Assembly (NCBI GenBank): GCA_964291315.2
Contig: OZ219753.1
Location: 3,072,001 to 3,136,000, forward strand
Origin: Candidatus Poribacteria bacterium
GTDB lineage: Bacteria; Poribacteria; WGA-4E; WGA-3G
Length of the DNA: 64,000 nt
Direction of reading: 5' to 3'
The first letter of the stretch is position 1. Every line of letters begins with the position of its first letter. Positions 9,798 through 20,117 of this stretch are shown here, piece after piece. The position numbers were made by a program, and so were the translations under genes. The notes beneath the pieces were generated by a model. That model was not told where the DNA came from. It did not search any database and was given only the letters and a program-made list of their open reading frames with translations.

Positions 9798-10220
9798 TTA
9801 TGGTGCAGACGGCTCCAACCGTTTTGCGATGCTAAGGAATAAGGTAGGGGCTAGCTGTCCGACTACCTCGATTCCTTTTTCATTTCGGGCATGTGCGATG
9901 TCCAAGGACACAGTGCTTTCCTGCAAGCTCAGCGAAACGCGATGTGTGCCGATGTGTCGCGTGGTTCCTGCAGCCTGTTCGGTTAGCCACGGTGTCGCGG
10001 CCGCTATTGCTTCAACGAAGGGACCGATTTTGATTTGAAGTAAGGTAGTCGGCTGTGCATCTATCAAGCCGAGTTGTGCCTGCCAATCCTCTGTATCTGT
10101 GTGCGTTTCGTTTAACACCTGGTCCACCATTTTTTGGAATTGCTGCTGAGAAAACGTTAGCAGAAAGAAATCGTTGATGTTTCCATAATAGAGGTGGCCG
10201 GGAATCGAGTCTGTATTCAT
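9798..10220 (-). CDS. Hypothetical protein (start uncertain; ORF extends to 10376)
   Basis: Protein-like composition from MNTDSIPGH onward; no motif recognised. Confidence 0.5.
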   Translation of the reverse strand: MNTDSIPGHLYYGNINDFFLLTFSQQQFQKMVDQVLNETHTDTEDWQAQLGLIDAQPTTLLQIKIGPFVEAIAAATPWLTEQAAGTTRHIGTHRVSLSLQESTVSLDIAHARNEKGIEVVGQLAPTLFLSIAKRLEPSAP

Positions 10221-10558
10221 AGTTATGCCTTTATAATCTGCTTGTTGTCTGTGTTCGGGCATAGCGGTTTTTTTTTCAAGAGCAAGTGAGCTATCTCGTG
10301 CAGAATCGCAGGTTGTTCGGGCAGCCCACAAACAGCGCGAAGCGGGGCATGCTTTGAGATAAAAGTGTATAAACATTTAAATAATTTTCCACATTACTAT
10401 AGTATATTTCTAAAACATAAACTTTTTCGCATACCTTATAGATACTTAAAACCGGCTAAAGGGTAGTGAAAAATCTAAGGTTTCACAATCGCCTCAGTGT
10501 TTCTATGGAAATCAATATTTCAAGCCGCCTGCTCATCTCGCTCCTCATTTCTTTTTAT

Positions 10559-10643
10559 AAAAGGGAAACCCTCTTAAAACCTACTTAGAGACACCTATTT
10601 TTAGGCGTACGACACGAATTAAGCACACCACATCTCAGCATAC
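10559..10643 (-). pseudogene. Remnant of the 3' end and trailer of the ABC gene at 2277-4067
   Basis: ccctcttaaaacctacttag.gaca.cta..ttaggcgtac..ccacatctcagcata matches 2242-2318; reads YAEMWCA*FVSYA* versus YAEMWRAQSAWYA*. Confidence 0.8.
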
Positions 10644-11351
10644 GTGCCCAGAGCCTGTCAGTTGTAGCATAGACTGTCAGTCTGTGCAGTGTTGTAGCAT
10701 ATGCTGTTGGTTTCCTGTGCCACTTCGGTACTTCTCACCCAACCTGTTAGGCTACCTAAGAACCCTCTTTATCCAAAGATGAGCCAAATAATTATCAAAC
10801 TCGCGTTAAGACCCCTCATGAAACAGCGTCAATACCGCTCTCTTCCGAAAAATAGTGGACTTGATGACTGCACGTCCCACAAGCAGTGAACGAGTATAGA
10901 GCGAACACATTTCCTTGTGATCGCTCAAGCAGGATATCCCGTTCGCCAACCATAGAAACAGGCTTGTGCCACAGTTTTCTCCAAGCCTGTGTTGTTGCCT
11001 TAAAGGGGATCTGTTTTGGAATAAATTGCTTACTGTATATTAAGTGTAAGGGGGGGGTTAGGAAGCGATAAAAAGCAAGACGAACGAACAGCAGCGCAGA
11101 TAGGATCCACACCGCACAAGGCAAATATTGCCACAGAACCTGACGTTCCGAGTAAGGGCTTAACCGCTAAAGCTTTCAGGCATTTCATGAGTAGATACAT
11201 CAATACCGATAGGCTTAACAGAACCTATCAATGTTACCTTAGGAATTACTTTCTTTCATACTTTCTATTTTAATTATACATTACACTATCAAGTTATGTC
11301 AAGAACTTTTTTCACCTATCCAGAGCCATTCAATCCTCGTTCATATTTTTT

Positions 11352-11558
11352 TCATGATATTGAGAGCTCTGCATGGGTTCGCTGCGAAGCTAGGTGCGTA
11401 GGGTAGAGTGTGGGGTGCGTCTCCTCCGCAGGGATCTCTTTTAACACCGTTCCTTGAAACCGACGGCGATCCCACTCCGCATAAAGCCAAAACGCGGCAA
11501 ACATCAGGAGGGTCAAAAGGATCGGGACAACTATCCCTTTTAGGTTCGTTATTTTTAC
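11352..11558 (-). pseudogene. Truncated membrane-anchored paralog of the 16081/29711 family
   Basis: AAGGAG then a non-start GTA; reads VKITNLKGIVVPILLTLLMFAAFWLYAEWDRRRFQG.. and stops early. Confidence 0.65.
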
Positions 11559-11603
11559 TTTACGTTTCTCCTTTTTACGTTAATCAGAATGAATTGAAGA
11601 CAC

Positions 11604-12500
11604 TCATTTATCTCCCGGTTTCATGTTAAAGACAACTTTTTCGGTCTCAAGTATCCCTTGCTGCTCGAAAATTTTTGCAGTGAATTTCATTTGTTTCAGG
11701 ACACTTTCAAAATTGGCAATTTCTTTGGCATGCTTTTCAGGGTTAATGTCTTTCAACATCTGCGTTTGTAATTCACAATATTGAATCATCTCTAGAATCG
11801 TGACCTCCTTCTGAAGTGAAAAGCGGAAGAAGAGGGCTTTCCATTCTTCCGTGCGCGGGTGTCCGTGAAATGCAAGTGTAGCAAACGCATCAAGTTCCGT
11901 GCGTGCGGCATCTACATCATGCGGGAGGCGTTCATGAAAGTTCACGTAATGTTGGTGGGCGGTTGTTTCCGATGCCGCTGGGGAGGTCCCCCTTTCTGAT
12001 GTGCCTGCTTTTCCGTCAGAATCTGTGGATTTCGGTGCTCGAAGTGGATCGTCCCCCGCTGATGTGAGGGTTTCAGCGTGTTTGAGGGCTTCTCGGTGGT
12101 ATTGTATCGGCACTGCATGTTTATCGGCATCAATCGCTGTCAGCATCCGGATTTCGAGTTCATGGATCCGTTGGATGTCCGAGGGATGCTCTGTCCCGTC
12201 TCGCAGGACTCGGAAGTAGAGCGGGATCCATTCCTCAACGAGGGTATGTCCGTCAAACAGAGTGGGGGCAACCCTCTGGAGCTCTGTGCGTGCGGCATCC
12301 GCATCCGTTTTGAGGAGTTGATGAAATGTTCTCAGTTCTGCTGTCCAAGGGGAGGGATTGACTTCCAGGGTAGCCCCTTTCTGTGCATATACAGACAGGA
12401 GCCCGATACAGCAAAACAGGAGTGTGTATAAGAGTGACGTTTTCAGCCGTCTTCCGTTTTCAAAGACGGCTAACGTCTGCGCGTGAATAAAGGTCAACAT
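11604..12500 (-). CDS. Exported helical protein with an internal duplicated domain; paralog of 28817
   Basis: GGAGG RBS; hydrophobic N-terminal segment; shares HELEIRMLTAIDA with 28817..29674. Confidence 0.85.
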   Translation of the reverse strand: MLTFIHAQTLAVFENGRRLKTSLLYTLLFCCIGLLSVYAQKGATLEVNPSPWTAELRTFHQLLKTDADAARTELQRVAPTLFDGHTLVEEWIPLYFRVLRDGTEHPSDIQRIHELEIRMLTAIDADKHAVPIQYHREALKHAETLTSAGDDPLRAPKSTDSDGKAGTSERGTSPAASETTAHQHYVNFHERLPHDVDAARTELDAFATLAFHGHPRTEEWKALFFRFSLQKEVTILEMIQYCELQTQMLKDINPEKHAKEIANFESVLKQMKFTAKIFEQQGILETEKVVFNMKPGDK

Positions 12501-12827
12501 CTATAACCTCCAAAAATTTTTAACAGTCTAAGTTTTATTCTATATTTATCGCCGGAGAGCTTTCGGACGGCAAAAAGGCTCGGCGTTTTGTCGTCTCTGC
12601 AATCCTCTATCTATTTATCGTACATCCATTTGACGCGGCAATAAGACCGCGGCCAGTGTCCGTTTCCAGCAATTAAAATTAAAAAATATCCCCGTCCTAG
12701 CGATGCAGGACCTCCCGGAGCGGAAACGCTTACATCTGAACATATTCTTTTCTATTCCGTTTGTTGCATGTGATGTGTCTCTGTTTTTCTCTGTATTCAT
12801 GGCATTTTGGTGCCTGGGATTTCTCCG

Positions 12828-13952
12828 TTATTGACTCGGCTGTTTCAACTCACGATAGGGGCGTAACTTGCCAGCGTCGTAGTCAAAAACGAGGGTGTCT
12901 TCGGGAACGTCTAATTGGAATTGGTTAGAGATATCAACATTGACTTCAAAAGAGACGGCTTGAAGGGTCGTCTTCCCAATGAGCTCGCCTTTCTGATGAG
13001 TGGTTTGCTCAATGTTTTCCGGGAACCAGACACCCGGTAGATATTCTCTATAGTGTATATGGCGCTCCGTAATATAGTGATCCCCCTTTTTGAAAGGGAG
13101 CGACTCGATCGCCTCCTGAGACTCGAGGATTTCTTGTAGTTTCACCAAGCGGAAACCTCTCTCTGCGGAGATCCAGAGTTTTAGACTTTTTACATGTGGA
13201 TGCTTTATACGAACGAGGTATGTCTCTTCACCGTTGAGCATTTCTGTTTGCAGGGGTCCGGTTTCATTATCTTCAAGGACTTTCCAGAGAGGCGTCAGGA
13301 GGTAGCTGCTTGGGGTTGCCGATCCGTAGGTCATCCAGTATCTCGGATCTAAATGTGCGTGTATCACACATTCCGGGCCGACCGTATACGCAAGGTGCGT
13401 CTCATAAAAAGCGAAGTATTCCTCTGTATAGTAGATGTAATGGCTGGCACCCGTTAGATTATCAATCATTTTGGAATAGCTCCCTTCGTCTACTTCAATG
13501 CGAAAACCGGCAGAGAAGTGGATACCTCTTTCTTTAAGCGCTTGTCTGACCGGAGGAGGCAGTTCCGGAGCCGCTGTGTTGAGACGTTCGAAGTCGGTGG
13601 GTGAGATATCTACACTAAAGAGTTCAACCTTGCGTTCAGAGACCTCCCATTGTCTTTCTCCATCATAAATCTCCGATAAAATCCTGCTGTTGGAAGAGTC
13701 GACTCTGACTTGTGCGTCTTCAAAGGTTGCACCATCAAAAGCGAAATCGTATTCTCGTTTCTCTTCTATCGCTCCGAGAGCGTGGTTATAGAGAAACGTG
13801 CCGCGTCCAGAAGTTGCTGCGGCATCAAAATGCTTGATGCCTGCGATGAGCGTTTGTAAGTCAAGATTCGGTGCTGCCGCTGCAATAGATATATGGAACG
13901 TTCCTATCAAGCAGAGCCGCAAAAGAAATGAGAGGAAGACTCTTTTTTTCAT
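12828..13952 (-). CDS. Secreted LolA/RseB-like beta-rich protein (paralog 1)
   Basis: AAGGAG before ATG 13952; signal peptide; motifs DPRYW, KLWISAERGF, GVWFP. Confidence 0.7.
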   Translation of the reverse strand: MKKRVFLSFLLRLCLIGTFHISIAAAAPNLDLQTLIAGIKHFDAAATSGRGTFLYNHALGAIEEKREYDFAFDGATFEDAQVRVDSSNSRILSEIYDGERQWEVSERKVELFSVDISPTDFERLNTAAPELPPPVRQALKERGIHFSAGFRIEVDEGSYSKMIDNLTGASHYIYYTEEYFAFYETHLAYTVGPECVIHAHLDPRYWMTYGSATPSSYLLTPLWKVLEDNETGPLQTEMLNGEETYLVRIKHPHVKSLKLWISAERGFRLVKLQEILESQEAIESLPFKKGDHYITERHIHYREYLPGVWFPENIEQTTHQKGELIGKTTLQAVSFEVNVDISNQFQLDVPEDTLVFDYDAGKLRPYRELKQPSQ

Positions 13953-13995
13953 TTCAAACTCCTTGTTGAAATGCGGGGGCACCTTGGAGACCACG

Positions 13996-14658
13996 TTATC
14001 TCACGCCTTCTATGATGCCCATGTGGTTTAGTTCTAAGAGGTCATAAAATTCTCCGCCGGGCTGAAAGGGAGAAAAATCACCGTGTGAATAGGTAATATA
14101 GTCAGTTCCCAAATCAAAGATAGTCCTTCGAAGTTTAAGGGTTTCCTCGAAGATGTCGTCTCTGAGGCGCCACAGTTCTGGCGGCCCCCCATTAGATGGA
14201 GCGAGTTCATCAACAAGTTCCAGCAGGTCCAGACGTTCTAGCAGCAGTTGTGGGATTTCGACCCGGATCTCTGCCAGTCTTTCAGGCCAGTCGGCTTCTT
14301 CCTCGGGTACTGCAGTGGGGTCACTGGCGAGATGAGGGCCCGTTGGAGTGTCTACATTTGTGGGGGGCAGTTCGTGCTGCGTGTATCTGTCTGTGGTCTC
14401 CGTTTCGGTGTCCTGTGAAAAATCGCTATGTCCCCCATCGACAGGCGTGTCGGCTTCCGCGGACGCGCTGTCGGCCCTTAAGGGGGGCGCTGGTGCCTTC
14501 GGTGTGCGGCGTGGCTGGAACTCTACGGCTTTATACACCATTATCACGGCTTGTGGTTGATTCGCGCGGTGAACCACAACACCGAGAAATATCACTGCAC
14601 AAAAGATTAATATTGAGCATATCCAGAAACGCTTTGATTTTAGTAGTACCATCATCAA
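13996..14658 (-). CDS. N-terminally anchored hypothetical protein
   Basis: One TM helix, Pro/acidic linker, helical C-terminal domain. Confidence 0.8.
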   Translation of the reverse strand: MMMVLLKSKRFWICSILIFCAVIFLGVVVHRANQPQAVIMVYKAVEFQPRRTPKAPAPPLRADSASAEADTPVDGGHSDFSQDTETETTDRYTQHELPPTNVDTPTGPHLASDPTAVPEEEADWPERLAEIRVEIPQLLLERLDLLELVDELAPSNGGPPELWRLRDDIFEETLKLRRTIFDLGTDYITYSHGDFSPFQPGGEFYDLLELNHMGIIEGVR

Positions 14659-14713
14659 CCCCTTTTAATTTTGTGTACCTGTTCTATCTGTGGGTGCCGC
14701 GCGGCAAAATGTT

Positions 14714-16081
14714 TCATTTCTGCGGAGCTCCCGACACCGCTAACACGCACGCGTAGTGTTGCCCCATCGCTATGCTTATCGGGCGACTCGGCTGAAGCGG
14801 GGTGACAGATAAAAGTTTACTTCTCTCTCCATTCTGCCTACGGATATCCTCTATGCCCAAAACGTGATGAATAGCGAGGAACCCTTTTTCGCTGACGACG
14901 CAAAGCTGATCGTCTGAAATTTGAAAGTCCGCGACAGGGCCCATGAACCCTTTTGCGTCGATATCTATTGTCTCACTTGAGGGCTCTTCGGGGATTTGCT
15001 GCATCTCTCCGAGTTCGCCAATGCGGTATGCAACTGTCGGCTTTCGGCGCGTGAGAGGCTTTTCACCTGTTGTCGCCAGATGCTCTCGCGAGTCCCTATC
15101 CACGTTGTAATTGAGTGTTCCCCCTACTCTTATTTTTACATCACTAATTCTACCGGCATCGTAAATCAGTATATCCCAGGTCGGGTCCCTGAGAGCCTCT
15201 ATTACTAGAAATTCTGACGAGGCGCGGACCCTTTCCGATCTGCTGCTCAGGAGTTGTAAAAACCCTCGTTGAAACAAGAGCGGGTCCCAAATACCTTCGG
15301 GGCTAAGATCTGATGAGGTAGAGAGGGGGATTTGTTCTATCTCCAGACCGCCTGTTTTGGGGCTTAGCAACCACCACCTTTTTTCTAATGCAACGGCTTT
15401 GACGAGTCGCGCATGTCCGAAATTTATGGAAAAAACGTAGAGGTGGTCATTCGCACTCATTACGTAGAGGTGAGATTCCCTAACATCAACGTCCGTGAGG
15501 GTGTTCTGATCTGGTAAATGGACGGTAGATTCAACCCTGGGGCGTGATGGCTGCGAAACATCGACAAGCTGAAGCGTATTTCTCGTTGTGACAACGAGAT
15601 GGTCTCCAGCAGAAAGTACCTTGCCTAGGTCATCCGCAAAAGCAAGCGATGCCAAATAAACCGGACGCTGCGGGATAGAAAGATCTATAACGTGCAAATG
15701 TCTTTCGGTCGTGAGATACGCGTGTTTTTCCGCCAGGACGACGGTGTTACCTGAATTGACACGAAAGGGCAGTCGGATAGAAGCAGCGAGGGTCGGATAT
15801 TCTGGATCCTCTGTCTCTACCACTGTGAAGAGGGTCTCTTTGGGGCTTGCGGAGGCAACCGGCATTGGGGGTTGAACATCCGCTTTCATGCTGCACCCAA
15901 GGTTCACAAGTGCCAAGAGCATTACACTCAGAAAAGCAAAAACGGTGGGGGGGGAAAACGTTTTCATCACGTCTTTTGCGGCATGCCCGTTTTTTGACAT
16001 CGTAGAATCACTACGGTTCAGGTAAAGGCCGAGGCCGACTATACAGACCAATGAAATGAAAATAGCAAAAATGGATATCAT
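14714..16081 (-). CDS. LVIVD-repeat (beta-propeller-like) exported protein, possible lipoprotein
   Basis: HLHVIDLSIPQRP and LQLVDVSQPSRP repeats; LVNLGC lipobox-like motif; TGATG overlap with the upstream gene. Confidence 0.75.
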   Translation of the reverse strand: MISIFAIFISLVCIVGLGLYLNRSDSTMSKNGHAAKDVMKTFSPPTVFAFLSVMLLALVNLGCSMKADVQPPMPVASASPKETLFTVVETEDPEYPTLAASIRLPFRVNSGNTVVLAEKHAYLTTERHLHVIDLSIPQRPVYLASLAFADDLGKVLSAGDHLVVTTRNTLQLVDVSQPSRPRVESTVHLPDQNTLTDVDVRESHLYVMSANDHLYVFSINFGHARLVKAVALEKRWWLLSPKTGGLEIEQIPLSTSSDLSPEGIWDPLLFQRGFLQLLSSRSERVRASSEFLVIEALRDPTWDILIYDAGRISDVKIRVGGTLNYNVDRDSREHLATTGEKPLTRRKPTVAYRIGELGEMQQIPEEPSSETIDIDAKGFMGPVADFQISDDQLCVVSEKGFLAIHHVLGIEDIRRQNGERSKLLSVTPLQPSRPISIAMGQHYACVLAVSGAPQK

Positions 16082-16836
16082 CAGTAACCACCTCCAATTT
16101 TGACGTTACTTCTGTAGAAAAATTCTTCCCCGGATTCTAGGGAATGTTGTTTGGCTTCTCGGAGCATCTCAAGATTCGCTTGGATTCCCACTACGGCACC
16201 GTCTCCGAATTGAGAGAATTGAGAGAAGAGTCTTATCTCTGCTTCCATGTATCTAATTGCCGTATCCACGGGTACGGGTCCCTTATTGTAGCTTCGGATG
16301 CTTTCAACGAGAATGTCAACATCGGGGGAATCACCGAATTGTTCGCGGAACGCATCGTCAAGCCGCTGGTAAGCATATTCGGGATTAGTGGAGAGATAAG
16401 AGTTGTAATCCTCGAATCCTGCCTTGACTCGCTCTATGTCATAAGGAACTTTAGGAAAATCTGCAGCGTTTTCATCAGGCCCCTCCGTTTTGTGGCTATC
16501 CGGTGCGTCTCCATATGTAATTGTTTTTTCGGTGAACGGCTGCGCTTCATCAAGGAACAAGTCTGCCTCCGCATCGGCTGTGGTGCTCTCTTTTTCCGGT
16601 GTAGGTGCCGCGGGGACTATAGCGGTTGCCTTCTGTGTGCTGCTGCCCTCGACAACTTCTCCGGAGCGGGGGTTTTTCTCAAGTTCTTCCGCCTGCAGTT
16701 CGTCGGGTCCGTGAGGACGAGTTGGCAGCGATCCCGTAAACTGTTTCATATCCCACTCGACGTAGAACCAAAGTCCTATACAAATCATAACAATCACACC
16801 ACCGACAAGGACGAACGGTTTCCTGAGTTTCATCAC
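16081..16836 (-). CDS. Membrane-anchored protein; paralog of 29711
   Basis: TM helix plus WDMKQFTGSLP; shared PEYAYQRLDDAFREQ(F/Y)GD.PDVDILVE. Confidence 0.85.
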   Translation of the reverse strand: MMKLRKPFVLVGGVIVMICIGLWFYVEWDMKQFTGSLPTRPHGPDELQAEELEKNPRSGEVVEGSSTQKATAIVPAAPTPEKESTTADAEADLFLDEAQPFTEKTITYGDAPDSHKTEGPDENAADFPKVPYDIERVKAGFEDYNSYLSTNPEYAYQRLDDAFREQFGDSPDVDILVESIRSYNKGPVPVDTAIRYMEAEIRLFSQFSQFGDGAVVGIQANLEMLREAKQHSLESGEEFFYRSNVKIGGGY

Positions 16837-16913
16837 TTACTCCTTCGATTGGGGCTCAACCTCATTTTTCCCTATGCGGATTTCGAGTTCGGAGACTCGT
16901 TTTACATATCCTA

Positions 16914-16955
16914 TTATTTAATACATACATGTCAGCTCAAAAAACTTAGATTTTT
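16914..16955 (-). promoter_or_regulatory. Repeated ECF-like promoter motif (variant)
   Basis: Minus strand AAAAATCTAAGT-TTTTTGAGCTGACAT-GTATGTATTA aligns without gaps to the 30542 copy. Confidence 0.5.
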
Positions 16956-17213
16956 CCGTTCGCGAGCCCGTGCTATCTAGTTATAACGTGAGTTTGATAA
17001 ATAACTCCCTATTTTCGTTGTATAAAGAGAACACCGTTTGGTCTAATTCCGGGGTATTGTATCACCCTTCGGCAAAATAGACAACTCTTTTCTTTTTATA
17101 CACTCATAATATATTGGAGTTATCAGCGTTTCGTCAGGAGCTCCTATTGACGTTTGGCATGAGTTTGAAAAGAGAGATCAAAACCATGAGATCAGAGGCT
17201 TTCGTGTGCGTAT

Positions 17214-17720
17214 TTAGGGCAGGCTGCCGGTCTCATTGCCGTGTCTATCGAGGGTTCTCAAGATGCCGTTGCTCTCCGCAGAAGCTCGCCATTGCCCGAC
17301 TTCTTGACCCGTTTTGTTTACGATAGACACACTGCCGCCATGTTCGTCGGTAGAGAGCCGCGCCTCGCTTTTGCCGTCTCCTTTTACGGAAAACCGTGCA
17401 CCTGTTTCATCCACAGTTAACGCTGCGTCGCCATCTCCGCCTGAAACCCAAAACGTCCCGCCATGTTTATCAGAAGACACGGATGCCATGCCGCCTTTTC
17501 CAAAAATGTTGAGAATTCCGCCACCGCCCGTTTGGGGAGCTAAGGTGATGACGGGGTGCCCCGTCTCATCGATGATCTGAAGATGCCCACACCGTATCCA
17601 ATCCTGAATAGGGGGCTGGGCATCCACCCGCGGGGCTTGAAAAGGCGTAAAGAGGCTGCCGAGCAAAAATACGATCCCCCCTAAAACGAAAAACGCGACA
17701 TCTCTGTTTTGGAGTTTCAT
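17214..17720 (-). CDS. Secreted Gly-rich beta-repeat protein
   Basis: AAGGAGG before ATG 17720; signal peptide; repeated sDxxGgxxxV.G.g units. Confidence 0.75.
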   Translation of the reverse strand: MKLQNRDVAFFVLGGIVFLLGSLFTPFQAPRVDAQPPIQDWIRCGHLQIIDETGHPVITLAPQTGGGGILNIFGKGGMASVSSDKHGGTFWVSGGDGDAALTVDETGARFSVKGDGKSEARLSTDEHGGSVSIVNKTGQEVGQWRASAESNGILRTLDRHGNETGSLP

Positions 17721-17742
17721 GAGAACCCCTCCTTGTTGTAAG

Positions 17743-18552
17743 TTATTCATATTTGAATTCGAGGAATGTGTAGGGATCAATCCCCGCTTCTTCGTACGGG
17801 ATGACAGTGATGCCGGGGGGATCCTCGCCTCTGTCTAAATACATTTTAGCTGTGGCACCAGCGGCACCTGAAACCCCGGACACATACGGGGTAAACGTGC
17901 CGTCTAGTTCTTGCATATAAGCCCACTGGACGTAAGCAACGCCTGGAATGCTCGGATAGATGAGTTTCGTCCGATCATCATAGGATGCCCCCACCGTTTC
18001 TGTTCCCTGCTCCCAGAGTTTCATGCGGACCCTTATTAAAAGTTCTAGCTTTTTCCCGCCTTCTGGATCATGGGCGGCACGCTCGAGTCTCTCCCACACG
18101 TTTTGATCAGGATAATCTGCGGGGATTTCGGGGAATATTCCGAGCCCGAAAGGCGACAGACGCTGCCGCGGGGGCGGCGCATCAAGAGACGCGACCGTGT
18201 CAACCGCAAACAATTCTGCTGCCTCTTGAGTATCGCTGGGTATCCCCTCATCCGCTGTTTGTGTATCGAAAACAGTGGTTGAAGACATACCGAGCTGTGG
18301 TTCTGATAACGCTTCTGTTTCGGCATCGTTATCGTTTTGCGGAGCGCCCCGATCTGTTTGCACGCCTTGTAAAGAGAGAAGGGCTTGTTCTGTTTTTGCT
18401 AAGTCTTCCTCGCTTTGACGTGTGAGGTAGGCGGAGTAAAGAAGGGAGCCTACGACGCAGACCCCGACAAACAGAACCCCGAAGGTAAGTAATCGGCTTG
18501 ATAAAAAAACACGTGGCACGACGACAAGTGCTGCAAAAATTCTGCGTAACAT
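17743..18552 (-). CDS. N-terminally anchored hypothetical protein
   Basis: TM helix, acidic linker, globular C-terminal domain. Confidence 0.8.
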   Translation of the reverse strand: MLRRIFAALVVVPRVFLSSRLLTFGVLFVGVCVVGSLLYSAYLTRQSEEDLAKTEQALLSLQGVQTDRGAPQNDNDAETEALSEPQLGMSSTTVFDTQTADEGIPSDTQEAAELFAVDTVASLDAPPPRQRLSPFGLGIFPEIPADYPDQNVWERLERAAHDPEGGKKLELLIRVRMKLWEQGTETVGASYDDRTKLIYPSIPGVAYVQWAYMQELDGTFTPYVSGVSGAAGATAKMYLDRGEDPPGITVIPYEEAGIDPYTFLEFKYE

Positions 18553-18659
18553 AAGTCAATCCTTTCTCGTATTTAGGTGCGGGTATTATCTTTGGCGCTC
18601 CTGAAAACCTATGAGCGGCTGTCCCGTTTCAAAAACGCCACTCTTTGCGTTATTGTCTC

Positions 18660-18688
18660 ATTATACACAAAAACACGTTTTGTGTCAA
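18660..18688 (-). promoter_or_regulatory. Consensus sigma70 promoter
   Basis: TTGACA-N17-TATAAT on the minus strand, upstream of 18552. Confidence 0.75.
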
Positions 18689-18739
18689 TCAAATCTACGG
18701 ATTTCCGTAGCGTTAAGGTGTTGAGTATCCTGAAAAACC

Positions 18740-19234
18740 TTAATCCACGGCTCCAGTATCTGCGGAAGCATCGTCACTGGAATCGGTTTTGTCGTTGTAA
18801 TGCTGCAATACAGGGCCATCCATCGGAACGCCGAGTCTTTCATATCGCTCTTTATCCTTCTTCCACTCTTTCAAGTTCGCTTTTGCGGCATCCGACGGAT
18901 AGAGGTGGGCCTCTGCAGTATAGAGCTCTATTGCCTCATCAATGTTCAGTCCAATGCCGCGCTCAAGTTTTTGCTTAAGCCGGATATAGGTACGGACTTC
19001 CGGGATATCCCCAAATTTCTTTACTAACGGATTGTGCGGACTCGGGTTATCTGGGTCGTCTTTGAATGGATGGAACCCCGGGATAAATTCTTCTTCTTTG
19101 GGCGGTTCCTCTTTATCAGCTACCGGTGTCGTGTTTTGAAGCGACTCATTGGCAGACCTTACACCGCAACCGGAGAACAAAACAATCAAAATAAAAAATC
19201 CGAGTAAAGCGTTCATCGTTTTCATTGCATTCAC
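18740..19234 (-). CDS. Lipoprotein with FGDIPEV helical domain
   Basis: LFSGC lipobox; C-terminal domain paralogous to 19231. Confidence 0.8.
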   Translation of the reverse strand: MNAMKTMNALLGFFILIVLFSGCGVRSANESLQNTTPVADKEEPPKEEEFIPGFHPFKDDPDNPSPHNPLVKKFGDIPEVRTYIRLKQKLERGIGLNIDEAIELYTAEAHLYPSDAAKANLKEWKKDKERYERLGVPMDGPVLQHYNDKTDSSDDASADTGAVD

Positions 19235-19878
19235 CTCACAATTTTCGTGCTGTTTGAAGATTCAGTGGCCCTTTTCTCCAAGAAAATATCAAGCGTTTTT
19301 TTCGTTCTCGGGTCTGGCCACAGATGATATTGGGCAGCCGTATAATCGATGTGTTCATCCAAGGTGAGCGGTTGATTCTTGAGTTTTTTTCGTGTTAACG
19401 CAGTTAATGTGTGAACCTCCGGAATGTCACCAAACCGTTGAATCAAACCGATAATCATCATATCTGCAACTTCATCCGGATCCATATCCTCAACCCGTGT
19501 ACTTTTCTTTGCAAACGGACTAGGAGCGGATTGATCTTCGTGTGCGTCATCGGTCTGCGATGCCGTGCCCGTTTGTGAAATCCCCTCAGTCTCTTCAGCA
19601 GCATCAACTGGCGCGGAATCTTCTTCAGACACTTGTTCTGTGGACGTGGAAACTGCGTTTCCCTCGGCACCGGAGGCAGACTTAATCCGTGCAGTACTTG
19701 ACTTAGACGGTAAGGGTTCTTTATCCGGATGAGAAGGGCTCCGTATATCAACCGTCTCCTCTACAACTGGCGGTTGGGGCAAGGAGTCCACAAATCTTTT
19801 GCTATCTGACTTCATGTAGAAAAACAAGCCGCAAGCAAAGGCCACTGAGAGAATGCTACCGATCAACAGCTTTTTCAT
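19231..19878 (-). CDS. Membrane-anchored protein with FGDIPEV helical domain
   Basis: GAGGAGG RBS; TM helix plus SDSKRFVDSLPQPP. Confidence 0.85.
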   Translation of the reverse strand: MKKLLIGSILSVAFACGLFFYMKSDSKRFVDSLPQPPVVEETVDIRSPSHPDKEPLPSKSSTARIKSASGAEGNAVSTSTEQVSEEDSAPVDAAEETEGISQTGTASQTDDAHEDQSAPSPFAKKSTRVEDMDPDEVADMMIIGLIQRFGDIPEVHTLTALTRKKLKNQPLTLDEHIDYTAAQYHLWPDPRTKKTLDIFLEKRATESSNSTKIVR

Positions 19879-19900
19879 TTTATTCCTCCTCTAGATACGA

Positions 19901-20026
19901 GACGAATCTCGCGTTCGTCCCTGCTATTTATATATATACACTTCATCCCTAAAAGTTTAGCTTTTTTTTCATATCTGTATAACTACAGGGTCGAGGTACA
20001 TGAAGACACTAACAATATTTATCTAA
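19901..20026 (-). repeat. About 125-bp intergenic repeat (second copy 24716-24846) containing the ECF-like promoter motif
   Basis: gacgaatctcgcgttcgtccctgctatttatatatatacacttcatccctaaaagtttag is identical in both copies. Confidence 0.9.
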
Positions 20027-20117
20027 TACGCGTCATAGCTGGTGTAAAGCGACATTATAAACTCCGCCCCAAGAAATGTACTATATTTTACGTGGTAATC
20101 CGCTGAGCCCGCTCTCG

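Noticed and set aside
10671-10702. Short palindrome gcatagactgtcagtctgtgc and GTAG-type hairpins (e.g. near 53216, 60562)
   Set aside because: Probably REP-like, but the copies are too divergent to define a family by eye.
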